64,000 nucleotides of DNA from Candidatus Latescibacterota bacterium. Its GTDB lineage: Bacteria; Latescibacterota; UBA2968; UBA8231. The DNA lies in NCBI GenBank assembly GCA_007136405.1, contig SLHA01000013.1:17368-81367 (forward strand), in the 5' to 3' direction. The position numbers and the translations under genes are program-made. Below, piece after piece: positions 38,686-48,681 of the stretch; within the stretch, counting starts at the first letter, position 1, and every line of letters begins with the position of its first letter. The notes under the pieces were generated by a model that had not been told where the DNA came from, made no database searches, and worked only from the letters and a program-made list of their open reading frames with translations.

Positions 38686-40401
38686 ATGGTCGCGTGTGTG
38701 CATGTGACCCATGAGGCGGTACGGCAATCCGGCGGGATCGGCACGGTGCTGCGCGGCCTGCTGACCACGGGCTCATACCGTCAGCGGGTCGGCCGAACGC
38801 TTTTGCTGGGACCACTGGAGGACAGCGGCGCCAGGGAGCTGTCGGCGCCGGACAACTCCTTGCTGTACGACAGTGCCCGCCAGGTGCGGTATGCCGACGC
38901 ATCGGCGGCGCTGGACCGGGTGGCGGCGGCTCATGGCGTGCGCCTGGTATATGGCGTACGCCAGTTGCGGGATCAATACGGCGAAACCGCGGTGGAAGTT
39001 CTGCTGGTCGATGTCGAAGCGCCGGGTCTGCACGTCGATGCGTTCAAGTACTATCTGTCCGAGCACTTCGGCCTGGATTCGCGCCGGTACGAGGTCACCC
39101 CGGAGTATGAACGGTACCTTCGGCTGGCCGAACCCGGTTTCGAAGGAATTCGCGCTCTCCTCGGCTCATCGGACGAATTGTGCTGGCTCATCGGCCATGA
39201 ATTCATGGGGGTGTGCACCCTGCTCAAATCCATGCTGGCGGGTGACCAGCGGTTTCGAACGGCTTTCTATGCGCATGAAGTGGCCACAGTGCGCATGCTG
39301 GTAGAGGACACGCCGGGGCGCGACATCATGTTCTACAATGTGTTGCGCCTGGCCCGGCGTGAAGGGGGATACCTGACCGACCATTTCGGGCCCCAGGAAT
39401 GGTATCACAAACACGCACTGATCAGCCAGGCCTGGCGCTGTGATGCCTTGCTGGCGGTGGGTGACTGGGTGGTGGAGGAGCTGCGTTTTCTGGGACCGGA
39501 TTTCGACCGGCATGACATTTCTCTGGTATACAATGGGATACCTTCCTCTGCGGTGCCGCGGGAGGCGCGGGCAGAATCGCGCCAGCGACTGGAACGCTAT
39601 GTAGAGGCGCTGCTCGGGTACCGGCCGGACTGGATTTTCACCCATGTGACCCGGTTGGTGTCCAGCAAGGCGCTCTGGCGTGATCTGCTCGTGTTGCGTG
39701 GCATGGACAACGCGTTGGTGCAGCGGGGCCAGCGCGCGGTGTTGCTGATGCTGGCTACGGAAGTGGGCCGGCGGCAACCCGAGGCGGTGTGGCGTATGGC
39801 GGCGGAGTATGGTTGGCCGCTGGTACACCGGGAAGGGTATCCGGACCTGACGCCTGGTGAACTCCAGTTCGACTTTCAGGTCAGGGCGCTGAATGCGGCG
39901 TGCCAGGCAGTCTCCGTGATCTACATCAACCAGTTCGGTTTTGACCAGAGCAGTTGCGGACCGGCCATGCCGGCGGACATGTCTTTCGCCGATATCCGGC
40001 AGGGCACCGACGCCGAGTTCGGCCAGTCCATTTATGAACCTTTCGGGATCGCCATGCTCGAGCCGTTGAATGCCGGCGCCATCAGCGTGATCAGCGATGC
40101 CTGTGGATGTCTGGGATTTCTCGAGCGCACGGTCGGGCGGGATTTCGCTGCATTGGTCGAAGGGCAGTACACGCGTCTGGAAGACACGCTGGATATCCGC
40201 ATGGCGCGCAACCTGGGCGCCGAGGAACGCGATCGCGCCGAGGTCGCCGAGAGCCACAGAGTAGCCGAGTTGCTGCTGGAACGGTTGTCCGCTGATCCCG
40301 AAACCCGGGACCGGTTGCTGCGTCAGGGCCATGAGGCGGCGCAGCTGATGAGCTGGGAATGCGTCGCCGAGCAGATGTTTCTTCCGGCCCTGGGAATATA
40401 G
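38686..40401 (+). CDS. GT-B fold glycosyltransferase (glycogen/starch-synthase-like GG[IL]G N-motif; GT4/GT5-like)
   Basis: N-terminal VTHEAVRQSGGIGTV resembles the KTGGLGDV motif of glucan synthases. C-terminal EPFGIAMLEPLNAG is the E-x7-E region. GGAGGAGGG Shine-Dalgarno upstream of the ATG. Confidence 0.65.
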   Translation: MVACVHVTHEAVRQSGGIGTVLRGLLTTGSYRQRVGRTLLLGPLEDSGARELSAPDNSLLYDSARQVRYADASAALDRVAAAHGVRLVYGVRQLRDQYGETAVEVLLVDVEAPGLHVDAFKYYLSEHFGLDSRRYEVTPEYERYLRLAEPGFEGIRALLGSSDELCWLIGHEFMGVCTLLKSMLAGDQRFRTAFYAHEVATVRMLVEDTPGRDIMFYNVLRLARREGGYLTDHFGPQEWYHKHALISQAWRCDALLAVGDWVVEELRFLGPDFDRHDISLVYNGIPSSAVPREARAESRQRLERYVEALLGYRPDWIFTHVTRLVSSKALWRDLLVLRGMDNALVQRGQRAVLLMLATEVGRRQPEAVWRMAAEYGWPLVHREGYPDLTPGELQFDFQVRALNAACQAVSVIYINQFGFDQSSCGPAMPADMSFADIRQGTDAEFGQSIYEPFGIAMLEPLNAGAISVISDACGCLGFLERTVGRDFAALVEGQYTRLEDTLDIRMARNLGAEERDRAEVAESHRVAELLLERLSADPETRDRLLRQGHEAAQLMSWECVAEQMFLPALGI

Positions 40402-40416
40402 GGTTCGGTTCGACAA

Positions 40417-40436
40417 ATACGCACATTCGTGCGTAT
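40417..40436. promoter_or_regulatory. perfect 8-4-8 palindrome ATACGCAC-ATTC-GTGCGTAT (candidate operator)
   Basis: Directly visible about 150 bp upstream of the lipoprotein/iscS gene pair. Confidence 0.4.
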
Positions 40437-40583
40437 GACACCGCATGGATCAAGTCTTATATTCGCTAGTGCGCTACGCCGTCGGAACAGAACATCGGTG
40501 CCGGATTTGCTGGTGTCGCCAGGATCTGCCCCGGCTCGACTGTCATGATCCTGAAGCCAGCATCCTGCGCCACGGGAGCATAT

Positions 40584-41696
40584 ATGAGGCGACCAGCAGC
40601 ATATTGGATGATCGCGGTGAGTATCCTGATCCTCACCGGCTGCGGCAGGCCGGCGGTCAGACGCGGTGCGCCTGCGGATGCTCAGGGTGCTGTGGTCGCG
40701 GCGGAGATGGTGGCGGCCATGGTGCCGTCGCTGGGTGATGCGGAGGTAGCCTGGCTGGGCGTGCGCAACGAGCAAGGCCTGCGAGCAACGGCCGGGGACG
40801 CGGTTGGCGAACACATTCTCTCGGCCATGTTGCGCCAGGGGATCGTGGTCAGCAGTGTAGATACCACCGAAACCCGCTGGCGCGGCGAGCTGCCGGTCCC
40901 GGCCGCAGCCTGGGAATCGGTCAGCGCTCCGGTGGTCGTCGGGGGCAGAATGCATCAGGGCGGAGAATGGGCCTACCTGCGTCTGCTGGCGGTCGAAACG
41001 CAAGATGGCCGGGTGCGGAGCACCAGCCGCGGGAGGCTGCCGCTTCAGGTTCTGGAGCAACTGGCCGTTTCCGGTCCGGTGCCGGAGCTCGATCCGGTTG
41101 AACCCCTCTCGCTGGAACTCAGCGTGCAGCTGGTGGTCACGCGGGTAGAGAGCGGCACCACCCGGCAGCTCGATCTGGAAGAGGGGGGCAGCCTGTTGGC
41201 CGGAGACCGTTTGCAGTTGCGTCTCACGGTATCCCGGGCCAGCGAAGTCTACGCTTTTCTCGTGGATTCGGACGGCGAGCGGCAGCCGGTTTTCGACAGC
41301 GACATGGTCTACTCGGGGAGAGAGGTATACGGCCCGGGCCGGGAGAGCTGGGTGACACTGCAGGAGCAAGACCGGGTGTACACGCTCTATGTGGTGGCCG
41401 GCAGCAGGCTCAGTGCAGACCGGAGCGATGTGTGGCGGCAGATTACCGAGCTCATCGAGCAGGGACGGGTGGACCGGTTCGAGGGTCTCGAGCTCCAGGA
41501 TCAGTTGCTGGAAGACTATGTGCGACGCGAGCTGCCCGCGGATGCCCGGGTTACCGCGGTGCGCGGCACCGAGCATACCGAACGCGGGCAGCCGCGGAAC
41601 ATCATCCTTGGGGACGGCACGCGCCTGGTCGTGCGTCCGCATATCATCCCGGCTCAGGATGCCCTGGTTTGGGCGACCAGCTTTCTCGTTCAGTAG
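40584..41696 (+). CDS. hypothetical lipoprotein
   Basis: MRRPAAYWMIAVSILILTGC signal + lipobox. No recognised domain. Its stop is immediately followed by the Shine-Dalgarno of the next gene. Confidence 0.5.
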   Translation: MRRPAAYWMIAVSILILTGCGRPAVRRGAPADAQGAVVAAEMVAAMVPSLGDAEVAWLGVRNEQGLRATAGDAVGEHILSAMLRQGIVVSSVDTTETRWRGELPVPAAAWESVSAPVVVGGRMHQGGEWAYLRLLAVETQDGRVRSTSRGRLPLQVLEQLAVSGPVPELDPVEPLSLELSVQLVVTRVESGTTRQLDLEEGGSLLAGDRLQLRLTVSRASEVYAFLVDSDGERQPVFDSDMVYSGREVYGPGRESWVTLQEQDRVYTLYVVAGSRLSADRSDVWRQITELIEQGRVDRFEGLELQDQLLEDYVRRELPADARVTAVRGTEHTERGQPRNIILGDGTRLVVRPHIIPAQDALVWATSFLVQ

Positions 41697-41704
41697 GAGA
41701 CGCG

Positions 41705-42889
41705 GTGCAAGACGCCGGACCAGATCTGACCGGAACCCGTGTAGCGTCCGTTTACATGGATCACAACGCCACCAGCCCGGTGCGTCCGGAGATCCGGGAG
41801 GCGATGGCTCCGTATGTGGACCCAGGGCTGGGCAATGCCTCCAGTCTGCACCGCTGGGGGCGTTCGGCTCGCGCCGGAATCGAGCGTGCCCGGGATTGCG
41901 TCGCCCAGGCTCTGGGGTGTTCGCCGGCTGAGGTGTTCTTTACCAGTGGCGGAACAGAAGCGTGCAATTGGGCGCTCAAGGGCGTTCTGCTGACAGCTCA
42001 CCGGCAGCATCGACGCATCGTGACCACAGCCATAGAGCATTACGCCGTGCTGCGTGTCTGCACCTATCTGGAGGCGCACGGCGTCGAGGTGGTGCGGGTG
42101 CCGGCGGACAGCAGCGGCTGCGTCGATCCGGACGCGGTGGCGTCTGCTGTGAACGAGCGCACGACCTTGATCTCGGTCATGCACGCCAACAACGAGACGG
42201 GTTGCCTGCAACCGATAGCGGCCATCGGCGAACTGGCCTGGCGCCGTGGCGTGCCTCTGCATGTCGACGCGGTGCAGACGTTCGGCAAGGAACCGGTTCA
42301 TGTCGAGGACCTCAACGCGGATTTGCTGTCGATTTCCGCGCACAAGGCCAATGGTCCCAAGGGAGTTGGTGCATTGTACGTGCGCCGGGGCATGATCGTG
42401 GATCCGCTGCTGCATGGTGGAGGGCAGGAAAGCGGGATGCGGGCCGGTACGGAAAATGTCGCTGCAATCGTGGGATTCGGCCGAGCAGCCGCGTTGATGC
42501 GTACGGGCGGCCATGGTTGGCCGGAGCCGTTGCGCTTGCTGCGGGATCGGCTGGAGTCCGGTATTTGTAGCCGTATACCCGATGTCCAGGTCAACGGCCG
42601 GTCTCAGGCGCGGCTGGCGAACACGGTGAACCTGTCCTTTACCGGGGTGTCATCCGAGGTTCTGGTTCGCGCCCTGGATGAACACGGCATTGCGGTGTCC
42701 AGCGGTTCCGCCTGCGCGGCCGGCGAATCGGAACCTTCGCATGTGCTTCTGGGCATGGGATTAGACCGGGCCCGGGCACAATCCGCGGTTCGTTTCAGTC
42801 TGGGTTGGGGTAGCACACAGGCGGATGTGACCAGGGTGCTGGAGGTGCTGCCGGGATTGGTGCACCGCTTGCGGGAGCGGACCCGTTGA
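41705..42889 (+). CDS. iscS: cysteine desulfurase (IscS/NifS family)
   Basis: VYMDHNATSPV (as in IYLDYSATTPV), SGGTEACN, SISAHKANGPKGVGALYV (PLP-lysine), SSGSAC. GTG at 41705 lies 5 nt after a TAGGAGA Shine-Dalgarno; ATG 41756 is the alternative start. Confidence 0.85.
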   Translation: MQDAGPDLTGTRVASVYMDHNATSPVRPEIREAMAPYVDPGLGNASSLHRWGRSARAGIERARDCVAQALGCSPAEVFFTSGGTEACNWALKGVLLTAHRQHRRIVTTAIEHYAVLRVCTYLEAHGVEVVRVPADSSGCVDPDAVASAVNERTTLISVMHANNETGCLQPIAAIGELAWRRGVPLHVDAVQTFGKEPVHVEDLNADLLSISAHKANGPKGVGALYVRRGMIVDPLLHGGGQESGMRAGTENVAAIVGFGRAAALMRTGGHGWPEPLRLLRDRLESGICSRIPDVQVNGRSQARLANTVNLSFTGVSSEVLVRALDEHGIAVSSGSACAAGESEPSHVLLGMGLDRARAQSAVRFSLGWGSTQADVTRVLEVLPGLVHRLRERTR

Positions 42890-43116
42890 CGCGCTTTGGG
42901 TGCGTTTGTAACGGCGCCGGTGGAGCCGGCCATGCCGGACCCGTCAAACCGTAAGGCCAACCCGGCGAGTAAGCGCCCAGAGCAGCGGTTAGCCGGCTAT
43001 TCCGGCATAATGGCGCACCGGCATGCCAATATACCGGAGCGGTTCCGACGGCAGGCGGTTGGGATTGCCGGCAGGTTAAAGGTGAACCGATCCGCTCCGG
43101 TATGGCGTTCGACGGG

Positions 43117-44307
43117 TCAGAGCACCGCGGCCACGGCCTGACAGAGCCGGTCCATGTTCCCTGTGGTCATCCCGGCCACATTGATTCGCCCCGATCCGAC
43201 CATATAGATGGAATATTCATCCCGCAGGCGCTGCACCTGATCCGGCGTCAGGCCGGAAAACGAGAACATGCCGCGCTGCTTCTGGATGAACGAGAAATCG
43301 CGCTTGACCCCCTTGGCCTGCAGGGTCTCCACGAAGAGTGTGCGCATGCCCTGAATGCGGTTGCGCATGGCCTCGACTTCGTCCTCCCAGGCGCGCCGCA
43401 GGGTAGTATCGGTCAGCACCTGGGTCACGATAGCTCCGCCATGTGCCGGCGGGTTGGAATAGTTGGTACGGACCGTGATTTTCAGGTGGCTCAGGGCGCG
43501 CTCGGCTGTATCGGCGTTGGCGGCGACCAGCGTCAGGGCGCCAACGCGTTCGTTGTACAGGCCGAAGTTCTTCGAAAACGAGCTGGCCACCAGAATCTCC
43601 TCCTGGCGGTCGCAAAGGGCTTCCAGCCCCCGGGCATCTGTCCGTAAACCATCCCCCAATCCCTGGTAGGCGAAGTCCACCAGGGGAAGTATACCGCGCT
43701 CCCGGATGGTTCCGGCCAATTCCTCCCACGTCTCCGGAGACGGGTCAACGCCCGTGGGGTTGTGGCAACACCCGTGTACCAGCAGGACATCACCGGCGGG
43801 TATCTGTCGAACCGCAGCCAACATAGCCTCCGAAGCCAGATCCCGGGAGCCGGCGTCGTAGTAGGGGTACGTTTTGACCGGCACACCGGCGGATTCAAAG
43901 ACCTTGGGATGATTGGCCCAAGTCGGTTCGCTGAGCCATAGTGTGGCCCCGGGGCAGTGCTGACGGATGAAGTCGCCGGCTACGCGCAGGCCGCCGGTGC
44001 CACCGGGTGTCTGCAAGGTCACGGCACGGCCGGAAGACACCACGGGATGATCCTCACCCAGCAGCAACTCCTGGACGGCACGGCCATACTCGGGTTGACC
44101 GTCGATGGGCAGGTAGTTTTTGGACGTCTCTGTCGCCAGGATCCGTTCCTCCGCTTGCCTGACTGCGTCCAGTACGGGTGTGCGACCCTGATCGTCCTGG
44201 TATACGCCCACTCCCAGGTTGATCTTGCCGGGATTGGGATCGGCCTTGAAAGCAGCGGTCAGTCCCAGTATGGGGTCCGGGGGCGCCATATCCAGCCGTT
44301 CGAGCAT
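43117..44307 (-). CDS. aspC: aspartate/aromatic amino acid aminotransferase (class I, AspC-type)
   Basis: Near-collinear with E. coli AspC: PDPILGL, GKINLGVGVY, SSFSKNFGLYNERVGA (PLP-lysine), NPPAHG. Start at MLERLDMAPPDP by alignment to MFENITAAPADP. Confidence 0.85.
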   Translation of the reverse strand: MLERLDMAPPDPILGLTAAFKADPNPGKINLGVGVYQDDQGRTPVLDAVRQAEERILATETSKNYLPIDGQPEYGRAVQELLLGEDHPVVSSGRAVTLQTPGGTGGLRVAGDFIRQHCPGATLWLSEPTWANHPKVFESAGVPVKTYPYYDAGSRDLASEAMLAAVRQIPAGDVLLVHGCCHNPTGVDPSPETWEELAGTIRERGILPLVDFAYQGLGDGLRTDARGLEALCDRQEEILVASSFSKNFGLYNERVGALTLVAANADTAERALSHLKITVRTNYSNPPAHGGAIVTQVLTDTTLRRAWEDEVEAMRNRIQGMRTLFVETLQAKGVKRDFSFIQKQRGMFSFSGLTPDQVQRLRDEYSIYMVGSGRINVAGMTTGNMDRLCQAVAAVL

Positions 44308-44455
44308 CGAGCTTTCTGCTTTCTTTTGGAAGGTTGACAAAAAGGTTACAGCATATTGCCGTCATGGCAGGCGACGGACAATGCGGTAGACGATCAAACA
44401 ATATTCTGCGGCCATGCGCTGTCAACGTTGCCGCCGCAACCCGGCACCTGTGCCG

Positions 44456-45208
44456 TCAGCTGCCGGCTTCGGGTGCGTCCGGATGGAAAAAGCGCTGCAT
44501 GACTGGGTCGGTACTGGTGGTGGCTGCCTCGAGTCCGCCGTCAAAGATGCCTCTGCCCTGATCGAGCATGTAAATCCTGCCGGCCAGCCGCCTGATGCTG
44601 AGCAGTTCGTGGGTGATGATCACCAGCGCCATACCCTGACTGCGGTTCAGCGCCAGAAGAAGATGGTCGATACCGGCAGCGGTTACCGGATCCAGCCCGG
44701 ATCCCGGTTCGTCACAGAGCAGGACTTCCGGTTCCAGGGCCATACAACGGGCCAGCGCCGCGCGTTTGCGCATGCCGCCGGACAACTCCTCCGGATACAG
44801 ATCGAAGGCTCCGCCCAGACCGACCAATTCCAGACGGGCGCGGGCCAGGGCCTCGCGGAAGCTCGGAGCCAGGTCAGTATGCATCTCCAGAGGCAAGATG
44901 ACGTTTTCGCCGACCGTCAGCGAATTGAGCAGGGCGCCGTACTGAAACATGACGCCGCAGCGACGCAGCAGAGGCCCCCGTTCGGCCGGATCCAGGCCAT
45001 GACTCGTACGACCGAAAAGCGAGATGCGCCCGGCTCTGGGTGGCACGAGTCCGATCAGGGTTTTCAACAGGGTGCTTTTACCGCAACCGCTGTTGCCGAC
45101 CACGAGTACCACTTCGCCGGCATGCAGGTGGAAATCCAGGCCATCCAATACCGTATGGCGGTTGTACCCTACCTCCAGGCCGGTAGCCTCGATCACGGTG
45201 TCAGCCAC
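44456..45208 (-). CDS. ABC transporter ATP-binding protein, MlaF/Mkl-like
   Basis: Walker A GNSGCGKST, signature LSGGMRKR, Walker B LLCDEP, H-loop ITHEL. Confidence 0.8.
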   Translation of the reverse strand: MADTVIEATGLEVGYNRHTVLDGLDFHLHAGEVVLVVGNSGCGKSTLLKTLIGLVPPRAGRISLFGRTSHGLDPAERGPLLRRCGVMFQYGALLNSLTVGENVILPLEMHTDLAPSFREALARARLELVGLGGAFDLYPEELSGGMRKRAALARCMALEPEVLLCDEPGSGLDPVTAAGIDHLLLALNRSQGMALVIITHELLSIRRLAGRIYMLDQGRGIFDGGLEAATTSTDPVMQRFFHPDAPEAGS

Positions 45209-45215
45209 GGCAGCC

Positions 45216-46313
45216 TCATTGCACGTAGAAAACGATACCCCAGAAAAGGTTGACTGCGATGATCAGGAAGATCGACGAGACGACAGCCGCGGTGGTGGCG
45301 CGGCCGACGCCGGGGGCGCCACCGCTGTAGGAGAGGCCATGGTAGACGCTCACCACGACGATCACCCAGGCAAACGAGACGCTTTTTACCAGTCCGCTGA
45401 CGATGTCCCGCATGAACAGGGCCTCGATCAACTGGCTGGTGAACGCCTGAGGCGAGAGGCCGATGACCGTCGTGCTGGCGACGAGTCCGCCGAGGATGCC
45501 GCAGAAATTCGCCATGACGGTGAGCATGGGCATACACAGCAGCATGGCCCACAGTTTGGGCGCGACCACGAACCGCAGCGGGTCCACCGACATGGTCTGC
45601 AGCGCATCCAGTTCCTCGGTGAATCGCATGGTAGCCACTTCAGCGGCGGTGGAAGATCCGCTGCGGCCGGCCACGATGATGGCGGCCATCAGCGGCCCGA
45701 TCTCGCGGGTGATACCGATACCAACCAGTTCGGCGACGAAGACTTCGGCGCCGAACTGGCGCAACTGCTCTGCGGCCTGCAAAGCCGTGACGGCCCCGAC
45801 CAGGAACAGGATGAGTGCCACCACGGGCACTGCGGAAGATCCGAGGGCAACGCACTGTTCCACCAGCGAACCGCGCCGTACCCCGGAACGCCGCGGCACG
45901 GCCAGGATGGCGGCCCAGGTCACCTCCGACGCGACGAAGGCGAAGTTGGCCACGATTCCGCTCCATTGCAGGACGCGTTCACCCAGGTTCTCCCACCACC
46001 CTATAGCGGCTGCAGCCGCCTCGTCTTGCGGCTGTCTGCGCTTCGCCACGAACTGGAAAAAAGCCTGGAAACGGGCCGGGACCGGTTCCAGGTGTACCTG
46101 CCGGTCGAGTTCGGCTCCGACTAACGGCATGCGTTGAAGAAAGATGACGCCGGCCGTATCCAGCGCGGTTATACCGTCGAGACCGATGTGCACGGTGCCG
46201 GGTTGTGTTTCTCGCAGCAAGGCACGAAACTGAAGCTCCAGCTGGCTCAGATGGGGGATGGTCAGAGGACCGGAAATGACGATTGCGTTCGCCTGCCGCG
46301 TGGCCCGGGCCAT
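45216..46313 (-). CDS. MlaE/YrbE-family ABC permease with N-terminal STAS (MlaB-like) domain
   Basis: The C-terminal 250 aa form multi-TM MlaE-like segments. The N-terminal ~100 aa (IVISGPLTIPHLSQLELQFRALL...GLDGITALDTAGV) look like a STAS/anti-sigma-antagonist fold. Confidence 0.75.
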   Translation of the reverse strand: MARATRQANAIVISGPLTIPHLSQLELQFRALLRETQPGTVHIGLDGITALDTAGVIFLQRMPLVGAELDRQVHLEPVPARFQAFFQFVAKRRQPQDEAAAAAIGWWENLGERVLQWSGIVANFAFVASEVTWAAILAVPRRSGVRRGSLVEQCVALGSSAVPVVALILFLVGAVTALQAAEQLRQFGAEVFVAELVGIGITREIGPLMAAIIVAGRSGSSTAAEVATMRFTEELDALQTMSVDPLRFVVAPKLWAMLLCMPMLTVMANFCGILGGLVASTTVIGLSPQAFTSQLIEALFMRDIVSGLVKSVSFAWVIVVVSVYHGLSYSGGAPGVGRATTAAVVSSIFLIIAVNLFWGIVFYVQ

Positions 46314-46319
46314 GAGACC

Positions 46320-47825
46320 TCAGATGAACTTGACCAGCCGGAGCAGTACCTGCTGGGCGGACTGCAGCCTTCTGAGCGGTTTTTTGCGTTCCAGGTTCAA
46401 TACGACATCCATGTTGATGAATGGCGTCAGGAAGGTTCGTATCCGGTTCTCGAAACTGAACTCCCAGGTATCCACGCGCGCAGAGGGAATCAACACATCC
46501 AGCTCCGAGTCCAGGCTGATGTAGTCGCTGAGACGGGCGTCCATGATGAGCAGGGCTTCCAGCCCCGTGCTGGTGGAGGTACTGAGTTGGGTGGCGGTGC
46601 GCCGATCCTGGCTGAGCTCGTAGCTGTCGACATAGATGGACTGGCGCGCGCCGACTCCCAGACGCAGATCCACGTTGAGGGGTACACTCTGGTACAGCTG
46701 CGAGTTGATACCGGCTCCCTGGCGCAGATGCAGGGGATACAGGGACGGCTCCAGGGTGAACCGGGTGACATTGGAGCGGGTCTCGATCAGTTGACCCGAC
46801 GAATCCCGCAGCATCAGCTCCTGCGGAGTGTCGAAACGAACGTTGGTAGGGAAGAGCTTGGTGTTGGCCACACCGCGCAGGTACGGGCCCAGGCGGATTC
46901 CCAGTCGCATGAGGTACGTGCTGCGTATCACGACCTCATCGACGGATTTGCGCAGATAATCCCCGCTTTCCTTGGTGAAACCCTCCTCCAGGATGAATCG
47001 TAGATCGAAGAAGTGACGGGTGCCGGTATACCGGGTTCGGTTGCGAATCTGTCCGGCAAATGACAGACTGGCTCTGTCTTCTCCGGCCGTATTCTGCGTG
47101 GTGGTGAACTGGGGCGACATGCTGAGTTCCCAGCGACTGTTCCACCGGGATACCGCTTCACGAGCTTCTTCCAGGTAACCGGGTGGGAAAAATCCCACGA
47201 ACTGACCATTGCTGCCGACTACCAGATTGCGCTGAACCAGTTCTCCAGGCATCAGACGAACGCTGAAACGGCGCGGGGTAGCGATGGTCTCGCCTAATCG
47301 CACGATGGTGTAAGTGCCGGGTTCCAGCAACCAGGTGTTGACCGCCTCCCCCCGTTCCTCCTCGATGCCGTACTGCACACCGAAGTTCTCCTGCGCGGCA
47401 TCGAACAGTTCGTACGGTTCCTTGACCGAGGTGCGGGTTTCGTCGATGACGTCGATGATCAGTCCGGCCCACCAGGGCCGAATCAGCGTGGTGTGGCCTT
47501 CCTGGATCTCGAATGGGCGCCGCATCATCTGGGCGCTGGTGCCGGAGCCGATGAGAACCTCGTATTGGCCCGGATCCAGCAGAACTCCGGAACCCGTGCC
47601 GGCTTCCGCCACCCGGCTTCCGTCCCGGAGAACCTGAAACTTGGGCTCGCGATGACCCGAGGTCATGGCCGGGATGAACAACAGCCCCTTGCCCTTGGGG
47701 ATCAGGGTGGGATCCATGGCCAACTGGGCCCGGGCGCGCCGGTTCAACCAGGTTTCCTCGTCCGCACGTACGGTTGACCCGGCAAGGACCAGCAGACCGG
47801 CGCAGATGCATAACAGACGTTTCAT
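46320..47825 (-). CDS. secreted protein, predicted outer-membrane beta-barrel (DUF3078-like), embedded in Mce operon
   Basis: Signal peptide MKRLLCICAGLLVLAGSTVRA. The C-terminal half has alternating hydrophobic beta-strand pattern and ends ...LRLVKFI. No confident family call. Confidence 0.55.
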   Translation of the reverse strand: MKRLLCICAGLLVLAGSTVRADEETWLNRRARAQLAMDPTLIPKGKGLLFIPAMTSGHREPKFQVLRDGSRVAEAGTGSGVLLDPGQYEVLIGSGTSAQMMRRPFEIQEGHTTLIRPWWAGLIIDVIDETRTSVKEPYELFDAAQENFGVQYGIEEERGEAVNTWLLEPGTYTIVRLGETIATPRRFSVRLMPGELVQRNLVVGSNGQFVGFFPPGYLEEAREAVSRWNSRWELSMSPQFTTTQNTAGEDRASLSFAGQIRNRTRYTGTRHFFDLRFILEEGFTKESGDYLRKSVDEVVIRSTYLMRLGIRLGPYLRGVANTKLFPTNVRFDTPQELMLRDSSGQLIETRSNVTRFTLEPSLYPLHLRQGAGINSQLYQSVPLNVDLRLGVGARQSIYVDSYELSQDRRTATQLSTSTSTGLEALLIMDARLSDYISLDSELDVLIPSARVDTWEFSFENRIRTFLTPFINMDVVLNLERKKPLRRLQSAQQVLLRLVKFI

Positions 47826-47847
47826 GGTATTCGTGCTCCGCGAAGTT

Positions 47848-48681
47848 TCACGGGGCCAGCTTGCCCGGGATGAGCTCGTAGTAATCCGGAACCTGGACCG
47901 TGTCGGCGCCGCTTTCTTCGGTCTCGGGCCGGATGATACTTTCCTGCCACCTGGTCAGCTCGGCAGCCGGTTCACCGTTGCTGGTCAGGCGCATGAACAG
48001 GGTGTCCAATTCGTAGACGAAGAGCTCCATGTTACGCCGCAGGATCTCGCTCAGGGCCTGAACGGTGTGTTCCATGTCGGCGGCGAAAACCTCGATTTCG
48101 TCGTCCCGGGTGATATCGCCGCGCCACAACACCTGTCCATCCGTCTGTCGTGACAGCTGCAGGTTCAGAACGAGACGGGCGAACCAGCGGTCGCCGCTGT
48201 CGAACCGCTCCAGGGCGCTGATGGATCCGCTGAGCACATAGTCCGGCCGGCGATCCAGTAGTTCACGGTCCGTGGTCAGGCGTTCGAACAATTGGCCCCG
48301 CTGCAGGTATTCGGCAATGACCTGGGTGAGCATTTCCCGGGGACGCAGCCCCCAGACGTGCAGGCGATCGCGCCGGAGTTCGTAAGGCGAACTGCGGCTG
48401 AGGATCTCCAGCTGATTGTAATGGGTGGCTATATCCAGCGTTTTGAGTTGGACCGTGACCGGATAGGGCCGCATCGAACGCTCCGGCTCATGGCGGATGG
48501 GTTCGGCGACTATGGTGAAGCGCCGCCTTTGCTGGATTTCCGGGCCGCTGCCGACCAGGTATGCGCAGCCGGTCAACAGCAGTAGTGTGGGCAGCAGGCA
48601 GGTCCGAAGGAGCTTGCCGTGTGACGAAGGCGCAGCCACTGGATTGATGGGTGGATCAGCTGCCATCGGGTCGGGTCCCAC
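47848..48681 (-). CDS. ABC-type transport auxiliary lipoprotein (PqiC/YmbA-like, PF03886)
   Basis: Lipobox LLLLTGCAY followed by a ~200-aa domain with the PF03886 pattern. Start uncertain (MGPDPM or MAADPP). Confidence 0.65.
   Translation of the reverse strand: MGPDPMAADPPINPVAAPSSHGKLLRTCLLPTLLLLTGCAYLVGSGPEIQQRRRFTIVAEPIRHEPERSMRPYPVTVQLKTLDIATHYNQLEILSRSSPYELRRDRLHVWGLRPREMLTQVIAEYLQRGQLFERLTTDRELLDRRPDYVLSGSISALERFDSGDRWFARLVLNLQLSRQTDGQVLWRGDITRDDEIEVFAADMEHTVQALSEILRRNMELFVYELDTLFMRLTSNGEPAAELTRWQESIIRPETEESGADTVQVPDYYELIPGKLAP

Noticed and set aside
39166-41642. Minus-strand ORFs 39166..40446 (426 aa) and 40323..41642 (439 aa)
   Set aside because: Antisense to the glycosyltransferase and lipoprotein genes. 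There is no motif support.
42890-43116. Long imperfect hairpin (ACCGGAGCGGTTC ... GAACCGATCCGCTCCGGT) between convergent iscS and aspC
   Set aside because: The stem is bulged with a ~50-nt loop and no U-tract. It is probably incidental pairing in a convergent spacer, not strong enough to call a terminator.
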